A stretch of 64,000 nt of DNA. Source: Candidatus Colwellbacteria bacterium (GTDB taxonomy: Bacteria; Patescibacteriota; Minisyncoccia; UBA6257; Colwellbacteraceae). The translations under genes were made by a program, and so were the position numbers. Location: NCBI GenBank assembly GCA_016176525.1, contig JACOWZ010000003.1:320001-384000 (forward strand), in the 5' to 3' direction. The notes beneath the pieces are model-generated. The model did not search any database and had not been told where the DNA came from. It saw only the letters and a program-made list of their open reading frames with translations. Of this stretch, positions 36,766-47,883 are shown one piece after another. Numbering within the stretch: position 1 is the first letter of the stretch; every line of letters starts with the position of its first letter.

Positions 36766-38487
36766 ATGAGTCCACAAATACAAAATTTTATAGACTTGTG
36801 CGGATGGGGCGCTTCAAGGTTCTTGATTTTCTCCCAAAACATTGACGGGCTTTTAGTTTACTATTCGCACCTAATGCCGCTAATTCTCGCTTTGGCACTC
36901 GGCGTATTTGTATACCTTAAGAACAGAGAGTCTCTAGCTTCTAGATGGCTTTTTGCAGCTATGCTTTTAACCTCTGTGTGGCTCTTTTTTGACCTTATTT
37001 TGTGGGCAACGGAAAAACCGGCATTTGTAATGTTTTTCTGGACTCTGGTAAATATTGTTGAGCCATTAATATATGTATCATTACTCTTCTTTATCTATGC
37101 ATTTATTTCAGGCAAAGATATTCCGTTTAAAAGGAAGGCGATTATTTTTGCGCTTCTTTTGCCCATAGTAGTGCTCGCGCCAACGACCAATTTGGGCCTG
37201 GAATCTTTTGATTTATCTAACTGCGACCGCAACGCAGTTGAGGGGCCGCTTACTTTTTATGGATACACCCTTGAGTTTGTCTTGCTTTTTTGGGTTATTA
37301 GTTTTGGCGTGCGTAGTTTTATGCAGTCACCGGCAAAAGCCGAACGCCAAAGAATAATGCTTGCAATTTTTGGCGCAGCAGCTTTTATGCTTTCGTTTTC
37401 TGCAGGCAACATTATTGGCAGTTTGCTTTTTAACTGGGAGTTGGGCCAGCTTGGGCTTTTTGGCATTCCTCTATTTGTGGCGATTCTCTCTTACTTAATA
37501 GTTGAGCACCAGGCGTTTAACATTAGGGTTATCGGGGTGCATGTGCTCGTTACCGGGCTTATTCTTATCTCCGGAAGCATTTTGTTTATAGAAACGGTGG
37601 AGAGCGTGCGCATTGTGCTAATACCCAGCTTAATACTTATATTTATATTGAGTTATTATTTGGTGCGCGGCGCGGAAAAAATTGAGCAAAGGGAGCAGAT
37701 GGAAGATCTGGCAAAAGATTTGCGAAAATCCAGCGAGCAGATCTACGCTTATTCAAAAGATCTTTCGGATGCAAACGAAAAACTAAAAGAGCTAGACAAG
37801 TTAAAATCCGAGTTCTTGTCTTTTGCCTCGCACCAAGTTAAGGCGCCTATGGCCGTTATCAAAGGCTATGCTTCGCTTGTGCGCGACGGCAATTATGGCA
37901 AGGTTAACACAGAGGTTAAAGAAGTTGCGCGCAAAATCGCGGACTCTGCAGACAGAATGATAGAGCTTGTAAACAACCTGCTTGATATGCGTAAAATTGA
38001 AGCCGGCAAAATGGAATACGATATGAAAAAAACCGATTTGGTGGATATGACAGAAGACATTGTAAATGACCTGCGCCCGCTTGCAGACGAAAAGAAACTG
38101 GATTTGTCTTTTGAGTCGCAGGTTCCTTTTGCAAAAGCGGTTGTAGACCCGATTAAATTTAGGCAGATTATATTTAACTTTGTAGAAAACGCCATAAAGT
38201 ACACGCCTAGTGGCTGGGTTAAAGCGCAGGTTTTAGAAGATGCGCAGAGGCCGAGCAACCTTGTGGTAAAGGTTGCAGACACCGGCTTGGGTATTGCGCC
38301 CAGCACAATTACCAAGCTTTTTCAGGAGTTTAACCGCGGGGACCGAGCACACAAAGAGATTAGAGGCACTGGTTTAGGTTTATTTATTGCCAAAAAGATT
38401 GTAGAAGACCACGGCGGCGAAATTTGGGCGGAGTCTGACGGCGAAGGCAAGGGTAGCACGTTCTACGTTAGTGTGAAGAAGGCCTAG
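36766..38487 (+). CDS. sensor histidine kinase with N-terminal multi-TM sensor domain
   Basis: About 7 TM helices; LSFASHQVKAPMAVIKGY H-box; GTGLGLFIAKKIVEDHGGEIWAES. Confidence 0.75.
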   Translation: MSPQIQNFIDLCGWGASRFLIFSQNIDGLLVYYSHLMPLILALALGVFVYLKNRESLASRWLFAAMLLTSVWLFFDLILWATEKPAFVMFFWTLVNIVEPLIYVSLLFFIYAFISGKDIPFKRKAIIFALLLPIVVLAPTTNLGLESFDLSNCDRNAVEGPLTFYGYTLEFVLLFWVISFGVRSFMQSPAKAERQRIMLAIFGAAAFMLSFSAGNIIGSLLFNWELGQLGLFGIPLFVAILSYLIVEHQAFNIRVIGVHVLVTGLILISGSILFIETVESVRIVLIPSLILIFILSYYLVRGAEKIEQREQMEDLAKDLRKSSEQIYAYSKDLSDANEKLKELDKLKSEFLSFASHQVKAPMAVIKGYASLVRDGNYGKVNTEVKEVARKIADSADRMIELVNNLLDMRKIEAGKMEYDMKKTDLVDMTEDIVNDLRPLADEKKLDLSFESQVPFAKAVVDPIKFRQIIFNFVENAIKYTPSGWVKAQVLEDAQRPSNLVVKVADTGLGIAPSTITKLFQEFNRGDRAHKEIRGTGLGLFIAKKIVEDHGGEIWAESDGEGKGSTFYVSVKKA

Positions 38488-38586
38488 ACTTGATAAAGAG
38501 GCGGAAATTGATTACTATACTGGCTGGTTTTTCGTTATAATATAAAGTAACAACGTAACCAGATAACCACATAACTAAGTAACAAA

Positions 38587-39288
38587 ATGGAACTACAAGT
38601 ACAAAAAAGAGAAGTTTTTGGCAAAAAACTAAAAGGCCTGCGCAAAAAGGGCTTTATTCCTGCCGAGCTATACGGCCGCGGCGTGGAGAATTTACATTTG
38701 GCTGTGCCACTCGCGGATTTTCGCCGTGTCTATAAAGAGGCCGGAGAGAACCAGATTGTAAATGTGGTTGTAGATGGTGAGGCGCGCCCGACTATAATAC
38801 ACGACGTGCATTTTGACGCCATCAAAGACGAGCCGCTTAACATTGATTTTTATCAGGTTAATATGGACGAAGAAATTGAGGCAAAAGTGCCTATAGAGCT
38901 CGTGGGTGAGGCGCCGGGAGTGAAGGCGGGCGGTATTTTGGTTAAAGCGCTTAATGAAATGCCGGTGGAATCTCTGCCTGGGGATATGCCAAGCAAATTT
39001 ACAGTAGACATTAGCGGACTGGACGCAATCGGCAAGAGTATTCATGTTAAAGACATTAAGATTGGCGACAAGGTAAAGCTTAGACTAGATCCAAATATGG
39101 TGGTTGTTACTATTGCCGAACCGGAGAAAGAAGAAGAGATTCCTGCTGAGGCTCCATCTGTAGAGACTGTTGTTGTAGAGGGCGAGGAAAAGAAAGCGGA
39201 GCGCGATGCCGCGAAGGCCTCACAAGAAGCCACGGAGGGTGGTCCCGCAAAATCGCAAGGCGGGGCAAAAAAGCAGGCGAATGCCTAA
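38587..39288 (+). CDS. rplY: ribosomal protein L25 (Ctc form)
   Basis: MELQVQKREVFGKKLKGLRKKGFIPAELYG...; acidic C-terminal extension. Confidence 0.8.
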   Translation: MELQVQKREVFGKKLKGLRKKGFIPAELYGRGVENLHLAVPLADFRRVYKEAGENQIVNVVVDGEARPTIIHDVHFDAIKDEPLNIDFYQVNMDEEIEAKVPIELVGEAPGVKAGGILVKALNEMPVESLPGDMPSKFTVDISGLDAIGKSIHVKDIKIGDKVKLRLDPNMVVVTIAEPEKEEEIPAEAPSVETVVVEGEEKKAERDAAKASQEATEGGPAKSQGGAKKQANA

Positions 39289-40792
39289 ATTCGTAAAAGA
39301 TATTTTTTTAGGGCATAAGAAGCGAATTAATTTATCTTACGTAGACGATAGGCGGGGATTTAGATTCCCTAAGTTTGCAAAACATGCATTTGTTGCAGTT
39401 TTTGTTGGTTATTTAATTTTTGGAGGATATGTTCTCGCGCCGATTTCGCCTTCGGGCACATTTGCGCAAGCCGATTCGGAGGATGAGCGGGCAGAACTGG
39501 AGGCGGAATTAGAAGCGGTTTTAAAAGAGCTTGAACAAGTTAAAGCCCAAAGAGATGTTTTAACGCGCCAGGGCAACACTCTGCAGTCCGAAGTCAACCG
39601 CCTAAATGCGCAGATATCAAAGATAAACCTGCAGATAAAAGCTATAAACCTTTCTATCCAAAAACTTGCAGGGGAGATAGAAAATACACAGGGGCGAATT
39701 GAAGTTGCCGAAGAAGATATTACTCTTAGAAAAAACTCGCTCGCGGACTTGCTGCAAGATTTATATGAATACGACACTGCGAGCTTGGCGGAGATTTTAC
39801 TTGCCTCGCCCTCTCTATCTGATTTTTTCGGCGGCGTGAACGATTTGATGCTTGTGCAAGATAATTTGCGCGTTGCGATAGCAGAAATTGTAGCCTTGCG
39901 TGATGAGCTGCTTCAGCAAAAAGAAACACTCTCAATACAAAAAGAAGACACCGAGAAGTTAAAAGCATTCCAAGATGCGCAAAGACGCGAAGTGCAGAGT
40001 GTGCGCGGAGAGAAAGATAATTTGCTCCAAGTTACCCGCGGCGAGGAGGCGCGCTATCAAACACTTGTATTAGAAAAACAAAAAACCGCGGCAGAAATTC
40101 GCCAACAGATTTTCCGTCTGCTTGGCGTTGACGAGGCGCTTACTTTTGAGGAAGCATATAGCTTTGCAAAGCTAGCGGAGCAGTCAACCGGCATCCGCGC
40201 CGCATTTATTATGGCGATACTTAAGAAAGAATCCGACTTTGGCGCAAATGTAGGCCAGTGCACGTTAGCGGATACGCATAGCGGTGCTACGCTTGGGGTT
40301 AACACGGGGCGGCGTTTTGAAAACGGCATTAAACCAAGCCGAGATTTGCAGCCCTTTCTGCGTATTACGCGAGATTTGAGTCTAGACCCGATGCAAAGGC
40401 CGGTGTCTTGCCCTATAGCTAGCGCGGGCGGATACGGCGGCGCTATGGGCCCGGCGCAATTTATCCCGTCAACTTGGGTTTTGTATGAAGATAAAATTTC
40501 AAATATAACGGGGAACAATCCGCCTAGTCCATGGCGCAATGCGGATGCCTTTGCCGCAACTGCAGTCTATATTCGCGATCTTTATAATGATTCTGTTTGC
40601 ACAAGCTACGCAAAGAGCCTCGCAGGGCGATGGCCGGAGCGCGAACTTCGCGAAGAGTGCGCTGCTGCGCGGTATTATGCAGGTGGCGGTTGGCGTACAC
40701 ACTACCAATTTTATGGCGTTGCCGTGCGCGAACAGGCAGATGGCTTCCAGCAAGATATAAATATTATGACTGGCTCGATTACACAGAGATAG
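39281..40792 (+). CDS. membrane-anchored coiled-coil protein with C-terminal lytic-transglycosylase-like (SLT) domain
   Basis: The start is taken at MPKFVKD (the track ORF starts inside rplY). Long heptad coiled coil; KESDFG...GAMGPAQFIPSTW resembles the SLT ES..GLMQ..T motif. Confidence 0.5.
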   Translation: MPKFVKDIFLGHKKRINLSYVDDRRGFRFPKFAKHAFVAVFVGYLIFGGYVLAPISPSGTFAQADSEDERAELEAELEAVLKELEQVKAQRDVLTRQGNTLQSEVNRLNAQISKINLQIKAINLSIQKLAGEIENTQGRIEVAEEDITLRKNSLADLLQDLYEYDTASLAEILLASPSLSDFFGGVNDLMLVQDNLRVAIAEIVALRDELLQQKETLSIQKEDTEKLKAFQDAQRREVQSVRGEKDNLLQVTRGEEARYQTLVLEKQKTAAEIRQQIFRLLGVDEALTFEEAYSFAKLAEQSTGIRAAFIMAILKKESDFGANVGQCTLADTHSGATLGVNTGRRFENGIKPSRDLQPFLRITRDLSLDPMQRPVSCPIASAGGYGGAMGPAQFIPSTWVLYEDKISNITGNNPPSPWRNADAFAATAVYIRDLYNDSVCTSYAKSLAGRWPERELREECAAARYYAGGGWRTHYQFYGVAVREQADGFQQDINIMTGSITQR

Positions 40793-40918
40793 AGTTGCTT
40801 GGCTTCACAAACCCGCAGTATCTCTGGCCACCGGCGTAAAATTCTTACTGAATTTTCGCCTTTTTCTCGCGCCGTCGCGCTCCGAAGATGGCCTTCGACA
40901 CAGACGGGTTTGGTTCGC
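40790..40918. repeat. intergenic repeat element, copy 1 (core TAAAATTCTTACTGAATTTT palindrome + GCTCCGAAGATG)
   Basis: About 65-70% identity to 58034-58189 with identical 20-mer and 12-mer cores; both copies sit at convergent gene junctions. Confidence 0.6.
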
Positions 40919-41647
40919 TTATTCGTTTTGTTTCTTATTAATCTTTTTGAGTAGAACGTCTAAGTCGCCTTCCAGCACTTTTGCTATGTTGTGCACTTTT
41001 GCGTTGAAGCGGTGGTCGGTAATTCTATCATCAGGAAAATTATATGTTCTTATCTTCTCGCTGCGGTCGGCCCGGCCGATTAGCTCTTTGCGCGTGGCGC
41101 CGAGCTTTGCTTCTTCTTCGGCAACCTGCATTTCGTAGAGTTTTGCGCGGAGTATTGACATTGCCGCATCGCGGTTTGCGTGCTGTGTCCGCTCTGCGCG
41201 GGATGATATAACAATGCCGGTTGGTTTGTGTGTAAGCCGCACAGCAGACTCAATTTTGTTTACGTTTTGGCCGCCCGGCCCGCCAGCGCGCGAGAAACTT
41301 ACTTCCAAGTCATTATCGTTTATTACAAGCTGCTTCGGTTCAATCTCTGGGTAAACGGCAACCGTTGCGGTTGATGTGTGTACGCGGCCGGATTTTTCTG
41401 TAGCGGGGATTCGTTGTATGCGGTGGGTGCCAGATTCTAATTTAAGCGCGTCGTATGCGCCCTCGCCTACAATTTTGCCGATAAAAGTTTTTATACCATG
41501 CGAAGATTCACTGGAGTCAACTACTATAAACTTCCAGCCCTTTGATGTTGTGTAGCGCTGGTACATACGCACAAGTTCGCTGGCGAAGCTTGAAGCTTCG
41601 TCTCCGCCTGCACCGGCGCGGACTTCTATGACAACCTTATTAGTCAT
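40919..41647 (-). CDS. prfA: class I peptide chain release factor, RF1-type, lacking N-terminal domain 1
   Basis: GGQ motif ([12 protein letters not shown]); [12 protein letters not shown] (PxT-type); only 242 aa; begins immediately after the rpmE stop. Confidence 0.7.
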   Translation of the reverse strand: MTNKVVIEVRAGAGGDEASSFASELVRMYQRYTTSKGWKFIVVDSSESSHGIKTFIGKIVGEGAYDALKLESGTHRIQRIPATEKSGRVHTSTATVAVYPEIEPKQLVINDNDLEVSFSRAGGPGGQNVNKIESAVRLTHKPTGIVISSRAERTQHANRDAAMSILRAKLYEMQVAEEEAKLGATRKELIGRADRSEKIRTYNFPDDRITDHRFNAKVHNIAKVLEGDLDVLLKKINKKQNE

Positions 41648-41938
41648 CTAGGCTTTCTTTACTTTAGCTTTTGTTGTCTTAACTTTTTTAGCTTTATGAA
41701 TAGCTCTCTTAACACTCTTTTTAACCAAGCCTTCTTTCTTTTGCGCGTGCCTTGCCTTAAAGCGCTCAACACGGCCGGCAGTATCTATTAGTTTTTCTTT
41801 GCCTGTGTAGAAGGGGTGGCAGTTGCTGCAAATTTCTGTGCGCATTTTTTCTACTACAGAACCAATAGTAAACACCTTGCCGCACGCGCAGGTTATGGTG
41901 GCTTTGTCGTAGTATTTTGGGTGGATATCTTGTTTCAT
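41648..41938 (-). CDS. rpmE: ribosomal protein L31 (Zn-ribbon type)
   Basis: [10 protein letters not shown]...CACG...[11 protein letters not shown]. Confidence 0.85.
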   Translation of the reverse strand: MKQDIHPKYYDKATITCACGKVFTIGSVVEKMRTEICSNCHPFYTGKEKLIDTAGRVERFKARHAQKKEGLVKKSVKRAIHKAKKVKTTKAKVKKA

Positions 41939-41969
41939 TGTGCAAGGATTATATATAAGTTTTAACCCA

Positions 41970-42000
41970 TTGACAAGGTGTGTGCGTATAGTAATATGTA
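41970..42000 (+). promoter_or_regulatory. candidate rRNA promoter (TTGACA -35, TAGTAAT/TAATAT -10)
   Basis: TTGACAaggtgtgtgcgtatagTAATAT about 250 nt upstream of the 16S 5' end. Confidence 0.4.
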
Positions 42001-42244
42001 CATACCGATTTGCCTTAACACTTGTAGATCGGCCCGCATTCCTTTTGATGCCTTGAGCAGAAGAGAGGGGTCGCGAAAATCCAGAAGAGCATATGCTCTA
42101 TGGGTGGCTTATTTCTGCATGTGTGCGGACAACACGAAAGAAGCTTTAAAAACAAATAGTAAGGTAAGAAGAAAGTAAGATAAATAGTAAGAAAGTTTTT
42201 CTAGTTGTCCCAATCTGATTTATCAATTTCATTGATAAATTTTT

Positions 42245-43700
<1,456 letters not shown>

Positions 43701-43813
43701 ACTTTTAAGAATGACCCCTGCATTGCAGGGGAAGGTGTTGGCCACTCAGCCTTTACAAAGTTGGTGGCCTTGGGGCAACTAGAAAAGCTTTCCTTCTCTG
43801 TTATAATCATTTT

Positions 43814-44233
43814 ATGGTTGAAACCGCTACGGCGCCTGCGGCGCAAGTGCAAATGCAGAACCAAACAGGCAAAAAGGTTCTTCTAATAGAAGACGATCTT
43901 TTTTTGTCTAATATTTTAACTACGCGTATGCAAAGAATGGGCGTAAATGTTTTGCGCGCCATGGATGGCGAAGAGGCTATTAAACTTGGGCTTTCTTCAA
44001 AACCTAATTTGATTTTGCTTGATATTATTATTCCAAAAATTTCTGGCTTTGAAGTGCTGGAAGAATTAAAAGGCGACCCAACTGTTTCTAAAGCGCCAGT
44101 TATTGTTATATCTAATTTGGGGCAAGAGAGCGACATTGAGCGCGCAAAAAAACTGGGCGTGCAAGAATATTTTATAAAAGCGCAGGTGTCTATTGATGAC
44201 ATAATGGAGAGTGTGCGCAAACACCTAGGTTAG
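43814..44233 (+). CDS. single-domain response regulator (CheY-like receiver)
   Basis: KVLLIEDD...LILLDIIIPKISGFEVLEEL; TATAAT 6 nt before the ATG (leaderless). Confidence 0.65.
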   Translation: MVETATAPAAQVQMQNQTGKKVLLIEDDLFLSNILTTRMQRMGVNVLRAMDGEEAIKLGLSSKPNLILLDIIIPKISGFEVLEELKGDPTVSKAPVIVISNLGQESDIERAKKLGVQEYFIKAQVSIDDIMESVRKHLG

Positions 44234-44290
44234 GTTATTCACATTACCCCTCTTGCCCACCAGCGCAATGTGCTATAGAATTGTTTTATT

Positions 44291-44896
44291 ATGCAAACAG
44301 CTAAAGGTTTTACTTTAATAGAGTTATTGGTCGTTATAGGAATTTTGGCGGTGCTTGCAGCCGCGACTATTTTGGTTATAAACCCAGCCGAACTTTTCGC
44401 CCAAGGCAGGGATTCTAGCAGAATTTCTGACTTACAAGTTGTAAATTCCGCAATAAGTTTGTATTTGGCTGATGTTGACAATCCAGATCTGGGTGCAGAA
44501 GCAGCTGGTGGTAGATGTATGGCTGATCCCGGTGCGCTCAATGCTCCATTTGAAGCCGGTGCTGCAGACACATGTGGCTCAATTGTAACCAGTAGGGCCA
44601 TAGATGGCGCCGGGTGGGTTGATATTGTCTTTACTGATATGACTAGCAGACCCTTTGGGGCACTTCCGATAGATCCAAGAAATGACGATGAAGTTGCTCT
44701 TTGTAATGGTGGCGCCCCTAATGCCTGTTATTTCTATGCTTATAAAAATAGCGGCACCGAGTGGAAAGTTGCAGGTAGATTAGAAAGTGAGAAATATAGA
44801 GTTCAAATGTCAGATGATGGGGGAATTAGAAGTACCTGTGTTACGTTTTTAGAGAATACTTGCTACTTTGAAGCTGGTACTAATCTAGGTTTGTAG
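44291..44896 (+). CDS. type IV pilin (prepilin N-terminal methylation motif)
   Basis: MQTAKGFTLIELLVVIGILAVLAA. Confidence 0.8.
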   Translation: MQTAKGFTLIELLVVIGILAVLAAATILVINPAELFAQGRDSSRISDLQVVNSAISLYLADVDNPDLGAEAAGGRCMADPGALNAPFEAGAADTCGSIVTSRAIDGAGWVDIVFTDMTSRPFGALPIDPRNDDEVALCNGGAPNACYFYAYKNSGTEWKVAGRLESEKYRVQMSDDGGIRSTCVTFLENTCYFEAGTNLGL

Positions 44897-44925
44897 GTTC
44901 GTTTCACTTTTTATTTGCATTCACC

Positions 44926-44950
44926 AACCCCCGCTCTGCGGGGGTTTTAT
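44926..44950 (+). terminator. rho-independent terminator after pilin gene
   Basis: ACCCCCGC-TCT-GCGGGGGTTTTATGTT. Confidence 0.55.
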
Positions 44951-44967
44951 GTTAAAATTAAGTTCAG

Positions 44968-46671
44968 ATGTTGCAAATTCCCGAACAAGATTTGTTGGAG
45001 GTTCTAACGCGCGAGGGGTTGGTTACGCCTGCGCAATTTGAAAAGTATAAAACCGAAGCCGCACGGTTGGGGCAAGACATTGCAGATATGTTGGTTTCCG
45101 CCGGCATTATGAGCGAGGATTACTACAACAACCTGCTCTCGCGGCATTTTGAGATACCGTTTGCAAACCTAGACGTTCGCGGCATAGACCAAGAAGTTTT
45201 AAACCTTATTCCTGAGCCGGTTGCCCGTGGGAAGAGAGCCGTGCCTTTTGCGCGCGAAAAAGACGACTATATTGCTATTGCAATGCACGACCCCAGCGAC
45301 CTTGCAGCGGTAAGTTTTTTGGAGAAATACATTAAAGCGAGAATTCGGCCCTACTTTGCCTCGGACAGTGACCTCAACAAAGGGTTTGCAATGTACAGCA
45401 AAGAGACTGTTGAAGATTACCGCAAGATTATTGAGCAAAACATTGCAGAATCCGTACAGCGGCGCATAACCGGCGAAAAAGCCGCAACAGACGTGCCGAT
45501 TGTTGAGATTATCAACAATATTTTGTCTTACGCAATGTCTTTGAGGGCATCTGATGTGCACATAGAAATTTTAGAAGACACAGTGCTTGTGCGTTACAGA
45601 ATAGACGGAATTCTGCACGAGATGTTTAAGGTGCCCAAAGTTATTTTCCCCGCGCTTCTTGCGCGCGTAAAACTTTTAGGTGGCTTAAAAATAGACGAGC
45701 ACTACAAACCGCAAGACGGCAGGTTAAGGTATAAAATAGGATCGGATATAGTAGACATTCGTGTTGCAATAATCCCAACTTTCTATGGCGAGAAGGTAGA
45801 AATGCGTTTATTGCCCGCATCCACAAAGCCACTTTCTTTTACAGAGCTTGGAATGTTACCGGAGACTGTAAAAGTTTTTGAAGAAAACGTAAAAAAACCA
45901 TACGGTATGGCGCTTGTTTGCGGACCAACCGGTGCAGGTAAGTCTACTACTCTATATTCCGCATTGAATATTTTAAACAAGCCGGAGGTAAACATTGTTA
46001 CAATTGAAGACCCTATTGAATATGACATTAGGTTTATAAACCAAACACAGGTTAATGCCGCCCAGGGCATTACATTTGCAACCGGACTAAAGGCAATTTT
46101 GAGGCAAGACCCAAACGTTATAATGGTGGGTGAAATTCGCGATGTAGAGACTGCAGATATTTCTGTACAGTCGGCATTGACCGGCCACATGGTTTTGTCA
46201 TCACTCCACACAAACGACGCGGCAACAGCGGTGCCGAGGCTTTTGGATATGAAGATTCTGCCGTTTTTGGTCGCGGCGGTTGTAAACGTGGTGCTTGCCC
46301 AGCGCCTTGTCCGTAAAATATGCAGATCCTGCATTTATTCTTACCAACCGAACGAAGGCGCAATGAAAGCTATAAAAGAGCAGAGTGCGCTTTTTGGCTC
46401 ACCAAATGTTAAGCTGCCGAAATTACTTTTTAAGGGCAAGGGTTGCGCCGCCTGTGGGCACAGCGGCTACCGTGGCAGAATGGGTATATTTGAAGTCCTA
46501 AGTGTTTCAGAAAAAGTACGGGCGCTTATAGTTTCGCCAGAATTTTCGCTGGATAGCCTGCAGGCGCTTGCGCGCAAAGAAGGAATGGAGACTATGTTTG
46601 AAGACGGAATGAAAAAAGTAGAGCTGGGGATGACAACAATAGAAGAATTACTTAGAGTTATAAGAGAATAA
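44968..46671 (+). CDS. pilB: type IV pilus assembly ATPase PilB/GspE family
   Basis: GPTGAGKSTTLYS Walker A, GspII-like N-terminal domains, C-terminal CxxC..CxxC. Confidence 0.85.
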   Translation: MLQIPEQDLLEVLTREGLVTPAQFEKYKTEAARLGQDIADMLVSAGIMSEDYYNNLLSRHFEIPFANLDVRGIDQEVLNLIPEPVARGKRAVPFAREKDDYIAIAMHDPSDLAAVSFLEKYIKARIRPYFASDSDLNKGFAMYSKETVEDYRKIIEQNIAESVQRRITGEKAATDVPIVEIINNILSYAMSLRASDVHIEILEDTVLVRYRIDGILHEMFKVPKVIFPALLARVKLLGGLKIDEHYKPQDGRLRYKIGSDIVDIRVAIIPTFYGEKVEMRLLPASTKPLSFTELGMLPETVKVFEENVKKPYGMALVCGPTGAGKSTTLYSALNILNKPEVNIVTIEDPIEYDIRFINQTQVNAAQGITFATGLKAILRQDPNVIMVGEIRDVETADISVQSALTGHMVLSSLHTNDAATAVPRLLDMKILPFLVAAVVNVVLAQRLVRKICRSCIYSYQPNEGAMKAIKEQSALFGSPNVKLPKLLFKGKGCAACGHSGYRGRMGIFEVLSVSEKVRALIVSPEFSLDSLQALARKEGMETMFEDGMKKVELGMTTIEELLRVIRE

Positions 46672-47882
46672 TGCAGTTCCACTACGCTGCCTCCGAGCCG
46701 GGAGGAAAAATTATAGAAGGTGATTTAGAGGCTAAAGACCAGCCTGCGGTTTTAGAGTGGATTGTCTCTAAAGGCCTGCGGCCTGTTTCTATTAGAAGAA
46801 TTGGCAGAGGCAGCAAGAAATTTAAGCTTGCGCTGGGGCCTGCAATAACCTTAGAGGACAAAGTTTTTATAACAAAATATTTATCGCTTATGTTAAAAGT
46901 TGGCACAGATCTTTTTAGGGCGATAGACATATTAGTGGCGGACTTTGACAAGCCGGCTGTAAAGTCATTGCTAATAGAGGTTAAAGATGGCCTCTCCAGA
47001 GGCCAACCGTTTTATACAACGTTTGCAAAATACCCAAAGTATTTTTCCAGCGTTTTTGTAAACCTTATAAAAGCCGGTGAAGCCTCTGGTAATTTAGATA
47101 AAGTCTTTGCAGATTTAAGTGTTGGTTTAGAAAAAGAGCAAATTCTGCGCTCTAAAATACGCGGCGCGATGGTTTACCCGATAGTACTACTATCTTTAGC
47201 TTCTATAATTTTGCTTCTTTTGGTTGCATTTGCTCTGCCGCGCTTGGCGGAAGTTTTCTTGGCTGGCGGGGTAGAACCGCCGCTTTTCTCAAGGATTGTT
47301 TTTAGCATAGGTATTTTTATGGGCGACAATATCTGGTGGATTTTATCTATATTAGCTGTTTTGGGTACAGGCTCGGCGGTATTTTTTGGAGGCACCCTTT
47401 TGGGGAGAAGTGTCTTGCAGCATATAGGCATGAGAGTGCCTGTTATAAATAAAGTTGCTTATACTGTGGGCATACAAAGGTTTGCCACAACTTTTTCTTC
47501 GCTTTTGCGCTCCGGCATGCCTATATTAGAGGCAATTGAGACGACTGCAGATGCCTCCGGCAACGCAGAGCTTAAGCTTGCGCTTATGCGGGTTTCGCGC
47601 GAAGGCATTGCAAAGGGACTAACTATTGGCGAGGCATTCCAGCGCGAGCCATATTTTTCTCGCGTTGTTGTAAACCTTATTGCGGTTTCCGAAAAAGCGG
47701 GCCACATAGAAGAGATTTTAGACACTTTAGCAGACTTTTATGAACGCGAGATTGATGCCTCTATAAAAACTTTGCTTGCTCTCTTGGAACCGGCGCTTTT
47801 GTTCTTTATAGGTATTTTAGTTGCCACAATTGCCCTTGCTATAATTATTCCGATTTATCAATTAGTAGGAGGACTTGGATAA
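46671..47882 (+). CDS. pilC: type IV pilus platform protein PilC/GspF family
   Basis: Two GspF repeats with 3 TM segments; start overlaps the pilB stop. Confidence 0.8.
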   Translation: MQFHYAASEPGGKIIEGDLEAKDQPAVLEWIVSKGLRPVSIRRIGRGSKKFKLALGPAITLEDKVFITKYLSLMLKVGTDLFRAIDILVADFDKPAVKSLLIEVKDGLSRGQPFYTTFAKYPKYFSSVFVNLIKAGEASGNLDKVFADLSVGLEKEQILRSKIRGAMVYPIVLLSLASIILLLLVAFALPRLAEVFLAGGVEPPLFSRIVFSIGIFMGDNIWWILSILAVLGTGSAVFFGGTLLGRSVLQHIGMRVPVINKVAYTVGIQRFATTFSSLLRSGMPILEAIETTADASGNAELKLALMRVSREGIAKGLTIGEAFQREPYFSRVVVNLIAVSEKAGHIEEILDTLADFYEREIDASIKTLLALLEPALLFFIGILVATIALAIIIPIYQLVGGLG

Positions 47883-47883
47883 C

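Noticed and set aside
39206-39280. Track start at 39206 for the coiled-coil/SLT protein
   Set aside because: It would overlap the last 80 nt of rplY in another frame; the ATG at 39281 overlapping the rplY stop is the more parsimonious start.
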